From: Naegleria gruberi
Lineage: Eukaryota
Length of the DNA: 64,000 nucleotides
Direction: 5' to 3' (one strand)
NCBI GenBank assembly: GCA_000004985.1
Contig: GG738860.1
Position numbers and translations under genes: made by a program. The notes under the pieces were generated by a model. It was given only the letters and a program-made list of their open reading frames with translations. It was not told the origin of the DNA and did not search any database. Positions 41,301 through 51,177 of this stretch are shown here, in pieces. Positions within the stretch are counted from its first letter, which is position 1. Every line of letters begins with the position of its first letter.

Positions 41301-41609
41301 TCTCAAAACAATTTCTGGAAGAAGAGGATAGTTTGCTCTTGTTTTCTCAGTACCAACAGCAAAAAATCCCATGCTTTGCGGTAGATCTTTCACCACATGC
41401 ATTAAATTACCACTATTTACCACTGCAGTTGTACCACTCGATAATAAATTATGAATACTAGATAACGATGGCGAAGGAATTACATTGCTAGTTGTAAAAT
41501 TTGATGAAGTCGATGATGTAGAAGGTGATGGAAATTGTTGTTCTCTTCCTCTGCCAATACTATTTACGTTCATTTCAGCCGGAACCTCTTCTTTCTGCTT
41601 GCTAGTCAA
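38313..41609 (-). CDS. Large 1098-aa hypothetical protein with a Ser-rich N-terminus and a central IPT/TIG-like beta-sandwich segment. Possibly a novel Ig-fold transcription factor.
   Basis: One continuous ORF. The TIG-like stretch is IYPTEGHEGTPVAVISSKELHQDAKFIVTFGGTKLSYSGG...YVVTVCSRD. The flanking region is basic. Confidence 0.45.
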   Translation of the reverse strand: MTSKQKEEVPAEMNVNSIGRGREQQFPSPSTSSTSSNFTTSNVIPSPSLSSIHNLLSSGTTAVVNSGNLMHVVKDLPQSMGFFAVGTEKTRANYPLLPEIVLRIVNCDRLMDKCKDEESTCFLSCHIAATKRSDPSCNDIFTFSEFPLNTNIKLSDLITQSYTQEFGGCTQAVFKPKGFVLNLHDTSVYSKFTIKFQLILDQKNTNKVLIDQVNTNSFEAPIMSLTMKEDFDDNTKYIIGSLANRSDELIKHGSKKIAAPVTVKFSPTFLDHFVKNMKKELYAHFYIRGEDGDDKDISYCLMKHDRIKIKPNVYTYQLDKNLGRLDNGEKKPQKDRFRLGVVLCTKFLALPSNKFTKRMLKYKYPTQPKSDPSLLYWIETKPFQSAKRQDICKPKRKAPEDHSDEEGSNESHSTHLTSPPQNQQQQQLATPQISPKLVTDLKEILSARILNQMYEKDPQKSALLEDFIHQSQLLLQVYNQLHNTSSGSIQIVSYKFDKIYPTEGHEGTPVAVISSKELHQDAKFIVTFGGTKLSYSGGITSKHSIGFTVPPKPNANQNSYVVTVCSRDAYVQVQEPETEMIFTYAEDRMVYEAAVTTQVQQDNTSMLDLLNGNGAVNQIQSPFDDEFLDLNDCFTNGDFNGVMEYFEHNSICDLVTERDSAHNRLPMENARNSGQLELIEKVVPVLYEYWLDELQNLTLIAKELLVARTEREISVNLEKASRALSKLNIDEQQEVEETIVSSPTNSPSILISSSPNSLDPKDSTKLTAGKIHRKSSFREMITKLFTVDSNMASADTSDDIKDIMTEITTSPKHVMIAKFEPITSTKILQATEEPIFKNPDSLNNLSNLKSKLERFENEVDPKGIDTIVKTLGDSSSILTSYFLKESNLTKLTVQLSLYQENVKKGSKPSTNKSDFEETFHCFDLSIQLNEKTTISWDSARGIAKIVSKPSMNKLFAVFDILTLEGKSAISNFVQKLSMTIAYWNVNQNTDATGQQFIESILLETGYISSCKPLFDSFSNMVLGSNSHDKVIRRKIKLPKDLSKGFSKKKWKFQNIKDAAEFNESLNHFSSSEENELLATNLAKLAQGFERALLWNQQQ

Positions 41610-42425
41610 GTCAATTAGGAGATGGGAGAGGTTAACAAAGGGTATTGCCTTTTTTTTACGGTTATGGTTTCTTCTTGCCGATTACTGTGATTGAAAGCTT
41701 CGGTTTATGTGTCAGTGAAAGTTATTTATTTTCAGATTGTTGGCAACAACATCACTGAAGTATTAAAGAGCTCTCTTGAAAATTGGTGATTGTTTGGGTT
41801 TGTTATGAATTGTCTTATTACCATTTTCTTACTGTCAGTGAAAATGATAATAATCACGTGCATGCATGGTTTGTTTCGTTTGATTATCCAATAATCCATG
41901 ATGATAAAGATCTTTTTAAATTATTAGAAAACCTTCCAACAACCGGAAAGAGTCATTAACAATCCCAATTCAAATAACAATTACTCAAATATAAAACAGA
42001 AAATGAAATAAACAATACCAATATATAACTGTTTAAAATTAAATTTAACAGAATTGACTTTCTGTGCCATATTTTCAGGCAATTATTCCTTTGTTTTAAT
42101 CTAGAACTTTGGCATGGTTTAATCAAATATAAAGGTGGTTCTTCGTTGGTAATGACATGGCCTACAACTATCAATAGACAAAACAAACTCACCGATGTCA
42201 GAATACCTGGTTTGTCTTCCACTAAGGCAACGAAATACTACTACACATATTGTTTGAGCAAGAAATACGATCATCTTACTCGAACTAGCCACTGTTTCTG
42301 ACTGCGTCTACAGTATTCAAATAATACTCCAACCAGTGTTGTCCAACTAATCGCCAACTTCAATCAATTTTAAAACTCCATTTGTTGGATGACAAACGCA
42401 CAAGAGAATCAAATTGTTGAAAAAA

Positions 42426-43615
42426 ATGAGTTGCCCATTCTCTGGAAATGCCTCTGCCGGTATGAAGTGTCCAATAACTGGACAATCCTCTGAAACTACT
42501 ACCACTACTGATGATTCTATTGATGCTTGTCCTGTTATCCATGCTGTCAATGATGAAGAAGTAAAGAGTGTCAAGGAAGAAAAGGCCCAACAAGAAACTA
42601 CCGAAGAAGAAGCACAAGGAGAACAATCTGATAACGCTGTTACTAATGCTTTGGAAGCCTTGATGAAGGAATTTGAAGATAGATCCGATATTCCTAGTAT
42701 TGCCGAATATCAAAAGTTGAGAAGAACCACTGCCATTATCACCGGATTTTATGCTAAAGGTACTGAAGCAAAGAAAGACCAATATGAAAATGTTAAAGAA
42801 AGTTTGAAGAGATTGTATGGTGATGAAGAACAATGTAAGGCTCAAATTGCTGCTCTTCAAAAGTATGAAAAATTCAAAGGTTAGTATTTATCTTCCGATC
42901 ATCTTTTAATCATCAAATAATTTTAATTTATTTACATGATGAATTATTAGGTCACTTGAAGTTTAGAGAATATTTGGAAAATTATCAAGATGAATTGAAG
43001 AATTTGGAATTACAAAAAGCTAAACTTGAAGAAACACAAAAACACTATTATGATTTACACATCTGGTCACAAGAAATTGTTAAAATTTGTCAATGGTTAG
43101 AACAACACTTGGATTACTATGCTTATAAAACTATTGTTGATTTGCCAGTTGATAAAATCTTCAAGGGTGTCGTTCCACAAGCTCCTCCAGAATTAACCGA
43201 AGAAGAAAAGTTCAAATATAGCAAGGGTTTAGATGAAATTTGTCACAATTTGGATGAAAGCAAAGACTTTTTCGAAGCCTCAGTCGATGGCAGACTTAAT
43301 AGATATCAAGAAATTGAACGTGAAATTATCAAGTGTCAATTAGAATCTCTTTCCACATCTCCAGCTGAAGATAATCCACGTCGTGAATATATTGAATCAG
43401 AATTGAGACAAGATTTGGCTCACGTAGAATCTCAATTAAAGGATAGTGAACGTCCAGAAACTCAAAAGCGAAGACATTACATGTTAAAGATGCACAAGGA
43501 ATTTATTGAAGTTTTATCTTTCTTCAGAGAAACTCTTGGTGTATTGAACGATTCTAATGTTCCTAAGAAGTATGACTCTAGATATACAAGCAAGTTTACT
43601 ATTGTCGAAGAATAA
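42426..43615 (+). CDS. Hypothetical protein with three N-terminal Cys-Pro motifs (SCPF, KCPI, ACPV) and a long coiled coil. Exons are 42426-42879 and 42951-43615.
   Basis: The intron is GTTAGT...TTATTAG, spliced in phase 1 as ...KFKG/HLKFREY. Confidence 0.5.
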
Positions 43616-43720
43616 AATTATTTCAATTTTTCAACATTCAAAATACTGTAACGACAGCTGATTTACAGTTGGCGCCAAAACAAAAGGTGCAGTTACATTA
43701 AAAAAAATAAAACAAAAGGG

Positions 43721-46591
43721 ATGAGCCTCAACAAAATCAGTTCGTCCTTATCAAAGACGGACGCACCCTCCTCAGATGTTCTCTTTGATCAAATGGTACG
43801 TAAATTAAATTTATGAACACTAAAAGGGTTTTTTTTAGCTGAGAGATCCTCAGGTAAGAAGGAAATTGGCTTTGGGCAAACATTTTGAAGCTCTCTCCTT
43901 AACGGAGGAAGAGGAAAAAGCCATCAAAGAAGAATTGATTATGGCTAAAAGATATGAAAACGAAATTAATGAAAAAGTAACAAAGAAGATAGAAAATGAA
44001 GAATTAAAAAAGTTACTTATGGAACATGATGACCACAGAGGATCAAGCTCAAAGATGCAAGCTTACTATAATAAGCTTCATCAATTGCAGATACAAGCAG
44101 AAGCAAAGCTTAAAAAACAAATTAGAGAAGCCGAGGAATATGAAATAACAAAACTTCAAGATGATCAACAAAGATTGCTTGAAAATGAAACAAAAAAGCT
44201 TCTGGAAGGTCGGGAATTGTTTCAACAATCAGAAGAAAAAAGAAAAGTAGTGGAAAAGAGGGAATTGGAAAAAAGAGAAAAATGGAAATCTCCCGATGAT
44301 AACACACTCTTTGAATCCAGCAAATCTTCTCCAAAGAAGAGAGACTTGATTTCCTTACTTCAGTCAAATTCTCAACAAAGTAAGTTGTACTATTGCGCCG
44401 ATTCTTAACACTGCGTAGAAAGAGTTATTCTTTTAATGACAGTCGATATTGGTGATGGAAGGTCTGATACTATTACAGTCAGAGAAGAAGATTCATATGT
44501 AGACTTGGCAAAACAGTTTCAAGACAAACATGGCTTAATTGCTGATGTTATTGAACCTCTTGCTGAGCATATTAAGTTCAATGTCGAAAAGGTATTGAAA
44601 GAAAAAACAATGGACATGATTAAAAGTTCCCAATCTAACGTGTATAGTAGAAGTCCTGTATCAAAGAAAACAGATAAGGTATGTTAAATTTAATTTCATA
44701 TATTTATTAATATAATAAGGTTGACAAATATGACGATTTGCAACAAATTGTGGATACTGTAAAGAGGAGCTCAACACCATCTAGCTCTAAAAACAAAAAG
44801 GTTTTTATTTAAAAATAAAATTTAATTTACTAACCCGATACTCATTTATAGCCGATACACGAAAGATTGCACGAAAGTGCTAAATTCAAGGAAGCAAGAA
44901 TATTAAGGATAAAGATGGAACTTACCAAAACTGAAGATGAAAAGATTCAAGAAACAAAGGTACCAATGAGCGAAACAAGTAAAAAGATTGTGGAAGAGAT
45001 TGAAAGAAGTAGAGCAAAGGAAAGATATCAAAATTATGGAGAATTTTTATATAACGAAGGAAAGGAAAATCAAAAACGTCAACAATTGGAACAGGAAAGA
45101 TTAAAGAGACTCGAGGAGGCTAAGGAGGATGTTTTCTCATTCAAGCCACAAATTAACACAAACTTTAAAGTAATAAGGGGAAGTCATGCAGCAAACTCAT
45201 TCAAGGCAAATGTGATAGCCTATGCTGAAAATGAAGAAAAGAAATGCCCTTTCAAACCAAAAATCAATGCCAAGTCTTCAATGATTGCAATGCAAAAAAG
45301 AAATGAGGAATTTCTTTCTGAAGCAAATCCAAATCCATCCATTACACAAGCTCACGAATCACTGTTCAAGGATGCAGAAAAGAGGAGAATTAGAATTGAA
45401 CATATGCAACAAGAGGCTGCTAGAATGTCCCTACCTCCATCTAAAGGAAGTAAACCAAGTCAAGAACATATAGACAAGCTTGTAAACAGTAAGAAAAATG
45501 TTGAAAAACAAATTTCACAATTAAGAGTTCAATTGAACTCCAACTTTGATCCTGATACTGGAAGAGAATTTTTCAAACCAGTAATTAACAAGAGGCCTAA
45601 ATCAGCAGGTGGTAATAGACAGACCCAAAATGTATATGATGAACTATATCAAAGACAATTTGACACAACAAAGTCACTAATCTCAAAAGAATTTTATAAG
45701 GAAGTGAACAAACTTGCAAATAAGAAGCATACAAATGAATCCAGTAAGAAGATTGCTGAGGTTGCTAAGCTTAAAAAGATTTACAAATTATTTGCTTACC
45801 TTGACCAAGACGGAGATGGTTTCCTAAATATTGAAAAAGATATTCTGTCCTCAAGCGAGGAAAGATTTAATGTTTTGGATAAACCATTGCAAGAAATACT
45901 GCTAGATGTTTTTGAGCTCTTTGATGTGGATAGTGATATTGGATTTGAAGAATTTGCTGCTGCTGTTTTTGAACGAATGGAAAAACCAGATTCTAAATCT
46001 GCAATCCTTTCATCTCAAAAGGGTTCTGTTCACAAAGTAAGTGGAATTGATATTCCTCCTTCAGAATTGCCAGATTCTGAGTGTAGCTTCAAACCTAAGA
46101 CAAATAAGAAGAGTGAAGAGATTGTGGTAGCCAAGCGTGCCAGTGCTACTGATCTTCATGATCTTCTTTATAAGGAGAAGGATAAACGAGAACAAAACTT
46201 GTCAAGATTGAAGCAAGCATATACCGAAGACGAAATGCGAGAATGTTCGTTTAAACCTCAAGTTATTAATCCAAGTGCAGAGCATGGAATTTCAGATGAA
46301 ACTCTTAACAGATTGCTAGCTCCAAAAAAGAGACAATCATACTATGGTCCAAGTGAAGACAAGGAGTTAGAAGAATGCACTTTCCGTCCAAAAACAAACA
46401 CAATGCCTGAAGGTGTTTATCAGCAACAAACTAATAATAATAATACCAGTAAGATAATACGGCCAAACAAGAGCTATTCTGAAATTTTCACAACTGAACA
46501 ACCAATCACACCTAGAAAAATCTCATCCAATAATAATCCCAGCAGTGGAAACAAATCAAGTGGTAAAAACCCTCTAAGTCTCCTAAGATAA
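43721..46591 (+). CDS. EF-hand-containing coiled-coil protein with six [EK]C[ST]F[KR]P-x-[IT]N repeats. It is a paralogue of the gene at 16122-17705. Exons are 43721-43795, 43839-44379, 44443-44678, 44720-44800 and 44852-46591.
   Basis: All introns are in phase by hand calculation; one carries TACTAAC. Repeats include DVFSFKPQIN, KCPFKPKIN, EFFKPVIN, ECSFKPKTN, ECSFKPQVIN and ECTFRPKTN. The EF-hand loop is YLDQDGDGFLNIEKD. A conserved block DIGDGRSDTITVREEDSYVDLAKQFQDKHGL is also present. Confidence 0.6.
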
Positions 46592-46595
46592 TAAA

Positions 46596-48278
46596 TTAAT
46601 CTAAAATATCATCCAGTCTTGCATTATATTCAATACTTGTGTTATAAGCTCCTGAAATAGAGTTTGATTGGGCAATGGGAATCATTCTTATTGATTCTTG
46701 TCTCAAACTGTCATGTGTTGCACTATTTCTATAAGAGTTACTATTATTTTCATTTCCTCTAGAATTATTATTTTGGAAGTATGGTCCACTAAGAATTGAA
46801 CTTGCTTGAGTTTGATGTATTATTCTCATTCCGTGTTGATTACCACTACTTGCCACAGAGGAATATAATGGTGTCTCATTATTGAAATAATTTGGAAGGA
46901 ACGTTCGTGGTGCATTGTCATAGTGAGCAGATTCTTCTTCAGAGCATTCATCATCATCATAGTGATTATCCAAATGATAATAGTAAACAGATTTTGGAAC
47001 AATATTGTCTGCACTTGGTGAATCGAGTGCAATCTTTGGTCTTTCTGTATAAATAACTCCAAACTTGATTTCTTCCTCTTCGTTCATATTCTTATCAGAA
47101 AAATCAGGTGATTTTTGTTTGAGAGGTGTTTCAGAGCTTTCTCCACTAAGAAGGGATGATTTGGAATTGACCTTTTTAACCTTTTTCTTAGAACAGCAAT
47201 AACTCTTATATTTTGAAAAGAAATGATGTCCATAAAGAATCATATTCAAGAATCCTTGAAGTGGATTAGTAATTGCTTGTAATAAATCCAACCAAAAAAT
47301 ACCAGAAATCATGGTAGTACTCGTTGGTGATTGTGCAATAATAATTGATTCTTTACCAAATTAGAAATCACATCAAGTATTTGTAAACTTACCAACAAGA
47401 CGATTAATAAAAGCAGGAATCCATGTAATGAAAAATGCAATCATAATAAGAGAGAAATTGAGTATTGTTCGTTTGCCCAATTGTTGATATCTGTCACTAA
47501 GTGATAATACCTCATATCTATTACTCTTCCTTCTATGCATTCTAAAGCAAATGCAAACTCCCAAGAAAAACACTGCACACATACTCACACAAATGTATAC
47601 AATCAAGAATGTAAAGAATCTAAAGTTAAGAAATTGTGAATGATCATGAGCTAATCCAATCCAACACCACTGTTGTAAATTATCTATTCTATTGAATTTC
47701 TGTGTTAGTGACACAGTTACAGTATATAATAGTGGAACAATCCAACAAATTAAATGGAAAATAACCTCAAGAATTATCTTCCTTCTCCTATGCTTTTCCT
47801 CTGAAAAGTGTGGAGTGACACTCAAAAACAGTTGTAAACAAATGCAAGTACTCCAAAACACAGAACTCAGTTCAAAACAAGTCATTAAAAACCCTTGTAA
47901 GAAACAACACCATTCATATTCTAAACTCAACCCGAATAACGAAATCAAATAACTAAAGCTTGCAACTAGATCGCTAACAGATAAATAAAACACCAACCGA
48001 TGATTCATAGCTGTCATTCTATAATTATTTCTCTTTCTAGATTTCTTGTGTTTTCTCCATGAAAGTATTGTAAACAGTATTGTACTGAATATAATAAATG
48101 AAGATCCGAATATTGACAAGATGGAGCTAACTCCAGTTGTGTACCTGAGTGCATTTTGTTCTATGGACACTGTCGTTTCGTTACTAGGTATCGTAGAATT
48201 GTCTTCAACTATCACATATTGACTCAATATATTCCATGAATATTCCATCAGAGATGATGGTATAATAGATTGTATCAT
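46596..48278 (-). CDS. 7TM receptor of the cAMP-receptor/Git3-like GPCR class. Exons are 48278-47393 and 47350-46596.
   Basis: Seven hydrophobic segments. CICLQLFLSV and FWLDLLQAITNPLQGFLN motifs. Basic and Ser-rich cytoplasmic tail. The intron is a 42-nt GTAAGT...GGTAAAG. Confidence 0.5.
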
Positions 48279-49155
48279 TTTCCGAATATAATATTATAAT
48301 TATTATGATAAATGTTCCGAAAGGCTAAACAATCAAGAAGAATCGATCACAGGTAAAAAGCCAAATTAATACTCTCTATTGTTTTTCTCTCTTGATTATA
48401 ACAAACTTGCAAACTATGCTGTTGTACTCCAACAATAACTGTATTTGTGTTACTATTACTGCTCAAGAGTTTCTCTCAATGAAAACTCGCGAGTTATTGT
48501 TGGTTCAATTTTTTTCAATTCGAAGAGTTTTCAAAACCATGCAATTTGTTGTGATATGAAGAGAGATCGGAGGAAAACAGAATGGAACAACTTTCAAAGA
48601 GTTGATGAGCATATGAGAAGTGGTATTATTTTCCACTGGTCAGAACTATTCGCATCGATTAATTGTACTGGAAAATATTACTGAATTGCAATGCCATGAA
48701 TTGATGAGGGTTTCCAAATGAAAACATTTCTTGACCAGTTTACCGGTGGTCTTTTGTTTATGTGATATCATTTGTTTTTTTAAAGGTCACAATAATTAAT
48801 TGGTCCAATGTGTTAATACAGTTACTTTCCATCTTGAAATTATGTTGCCAAAACATACCAACCCATATCTACAGATAAACGTTTTAACTGCATGCTACTG
48901 TTCCAAAGTGTTCAAGACCTCTGAGGTATTGCTCAAGTTAACCACCCTTAATCTCTACATCCAATTAGGATGAGTTGCTTCAAGTTGTGTTGGAATAAAG
49001 TATTAATAGTAGTGAATGTTATTATTTATCCTCTTCGAAGTCGAGCTAGAGAGAGAGGAACTAGGAACGATTTTAATGACCCTCCAACAACACACAATCT
49101 TGAAGGCACAAATAACTCAAACTACAAATTTCTTCACCTCTAAAAAATCAAAAAA

Positions 49156-49980
49156 ATGGATCTTATTCAACTCAAGTGTGTTGTAGTTGGTGATGGTGCT
49201 GTTGGTAAGGTAGGTTATTAAAAGAGGATTCTATTGTGGTGGCTGATCAAACACATTTAACATAGACATGTATGCTTATTTCCTACGCAGAGGACAAGTT
49301 TTCTGATAAATATACACCAACGGTTTTTGGTAGGTTGTTTAATATTGGTAGAGTTTCTGATGGTCGTTAGAAAATTATTCGGCAAATGTTAGATATAAGG
49401 AAAAGACTATAAATTTAACCTTGTGGGATACTGCAGGACAAGAAGTAAGGTAAATATCTTTGAATTTACTCTTAGTAATCAAACAATACTAGTTGTTTTT
49501 AAATATTATTTGATGATTAACCTCTTATTAAGGATTATGATAAATTACGTCCATTGAGTTATCCTGATACAAATGTAAGTATATCAATACCCTTACACCT
49601 TAACTGATGATGGACGATGTAATTAGGTTTTTATAATAGCCTTCTCTGTAGTTAGTAGAACATCATATGAAAATGCTTCTGGCAAGTGGTATCCAGAAAT
49701 TTCTTTACATGCTCCTCTTGCTCCAGTAGTATTAGTTGGCACCAAAATAGATCTTAGAGACGATATGAAGGAAATTGAAAAACTTAAAAGAGAAGGAACA
49801 GAACCAATAACCCGAAAAGAAGGAGAAGAATTAGCAAAGAAAATTAACGCTTTTGAATTTTGTGAATGTAGTGCTCGAAACAAATCAGGATTGAAGGAAG
49901 TTTTCACTACAGTTATAGAAGCTCATGTAAATCCAAAAAAGAAGATTGATCCAAAACCAAAACCTTGCCTTGTTTTGTAG
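49156..49980 (+). CDS. Rho-family small GTPase with a CLVL CAAX box. Exons are 49156-49209, 49266-49329, 49371-49444, 49533-49574 and 49627-49980.
   Basis: MDLIQLKCVVVGDGAVGK, TCMLISYAEDKFSDKYTPTVF, ENYSANVRYKEKTINLTLWDTAGQE, DYDKLRPLSYPDTN, VFIIAFSVVSRTSYENASGKWYPE...VLVGTKIDLRDD...CSARNKSGLKEVF...KPCLVL*. Confidence 0.85.
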
Positions 49981-50049
49981 GTCAATAATCATTATTAAAA
50001 TCTGTATACATTACTATTTGTATTTTAAATATATTAGTACATTGTTAAA

Positions 50050-50541
50050 TTACTTTTTCTGTATTTTGAATAATACTACAGGCACAGTGTTAATTTCAGC
50101 TGTCACAAATGCATCAATTCCTAATACTGTCAATGCTCCTCTAACAACACCACAAGCAAATACTACATAATCCTTTGCAGCATTATTTGTTTCATCAGGG
50201 TTTGATGTTGCAAATCGCGAAAGAAATAAAAATCTATTATCATTTAGTACATATGTTCCTCTATTATTGGTTTTTAAATTATCTACACCTTTTCTAAAAA
50301 CTTCAGCCCAAAATTCTTTACAAATAAATTTAATAATATCAAGATCATCATTAAATCGGGTTGTTCTATCCTTTGTCAATTTCTCGGCAATTCGTAATCC
50401 TACATTATATCCCATACGTTCAACTATAGAATAGGCTTTTTCTTTAGAATTTTTACACAGATCATTCACTACATATTCGATCATTTCCATGTGCAGAAAT
50501 TCAAAACACGACAATGCTGCCTGCTTTGACTTTTGACTCAT
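50050..50541 (-). CDS. TRAPP complex subunit of the Bet3 family, most like TRAPPC6/Trs33.
   Basis: LSCFEFLHMEMIEY..., MGYNVGLRIAEKL, DDLDIIKFICKEFWAEVFRK, GTYVLNDNRF and ACGVVRGALTVLGID match the TRAPPC6 pattern. Confidence 0.7.
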   Translation of the reverse strand: MSQKSKQAALSCFEFLHMEMIEYVVNDLCKNSKEKAYSIVERMGYNVGLRIAEKLTKDRTTRFNDDLDIIKFICKEFWAEVFRKGVDNLKTNNRGTYVLNDNRFLFLSRFATSNPDETNNAAKDYVVFACGVVRGALTVLGIDAFVTAEINTVPVVLFKIQKK

Positions 50542-50727
50542 TTTTTATCTATATTTAAAAGACGTTAATTTGATTTAAACAAATTAATCAATTAATAATA
50601 ATTAAAAATTAAATATTTAATAATTCAATAGTATTATTCAATAATTATCCTGTAAATCTGCTATTTCTTTCACTCTCTTTTTGTTTTCCAATCAATATTT
50701 TCCTTTTAAAACATACAATCATAAAAA

Positions 50728-51163
50728 ATGAGTACTGATAAAGTCCCATCCGAATTATTAAAGGACGAAAAATTGGAACATTGCCTTGAAAACATCCTCC
50801 AAAAGACAACCATTGGTTTGTTGGCCTCTGTTGTCCCTGCTTTTGTTCTTTTGAAGGGTAGAAGATCCGCTGCTTTTGGACTTGGTGCCGGTATTGGTTT
50901 TGGTATGGGTTGGACAGAGTAAGTGTTTAATGTGTTCAAGTGCGGAAATTATTAATCTTGTCATCATCATCACAATATTATATTTAAATTATTATTATTA
51001 ACTAATTGTTGAAACAACTTTAATTGATTATTTAATATTATTACAACAACAATCTTTAAATGATGGAAATTTAATTCTCTTTAGATGTCGTTTGCTCATG
51101 GAAAAGAATATTCACTTTAACAAGAAATTCATCGCTCACGTTGAAGTACCAAAGGATCAATAA
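50728..51163 (+). CDS. MICOS subunit Mic10 (MINOS1-like). Exons are 50728-50918 and 51085-51163, separated by an unusually long 166-nt intron.
   Basis: A TM hairpin with the glycine motif GLGAGIGFGMGW. The exon 2 tail is CRLLMEKNIHFNKKFIAHVEVPKDQ*. Phase was checked by hand. Confidence 0.6.
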
Positions 51164-51177
51164 ACTCACTAATTTAA

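Noticed and set aside
44592-44597. GTATTG after ...NVEK, considered as an intron donor
   Set aside because: Reading straight through keeps the frame and gives a plausible peptide, VLKEKTMDMIKSSQ.... The true donor is the stronger GTATGT at 44679.
48300-49150. Roughly 850-bp intergenic region between the GPCR and the Rho gene, inspected for snRNA, 5S or other ncRNA
   Set aside because: I found no match to U1/U2/U4/U5/U6, 5S or SRP consensus elements. It is most likely a shared divergent promoter.
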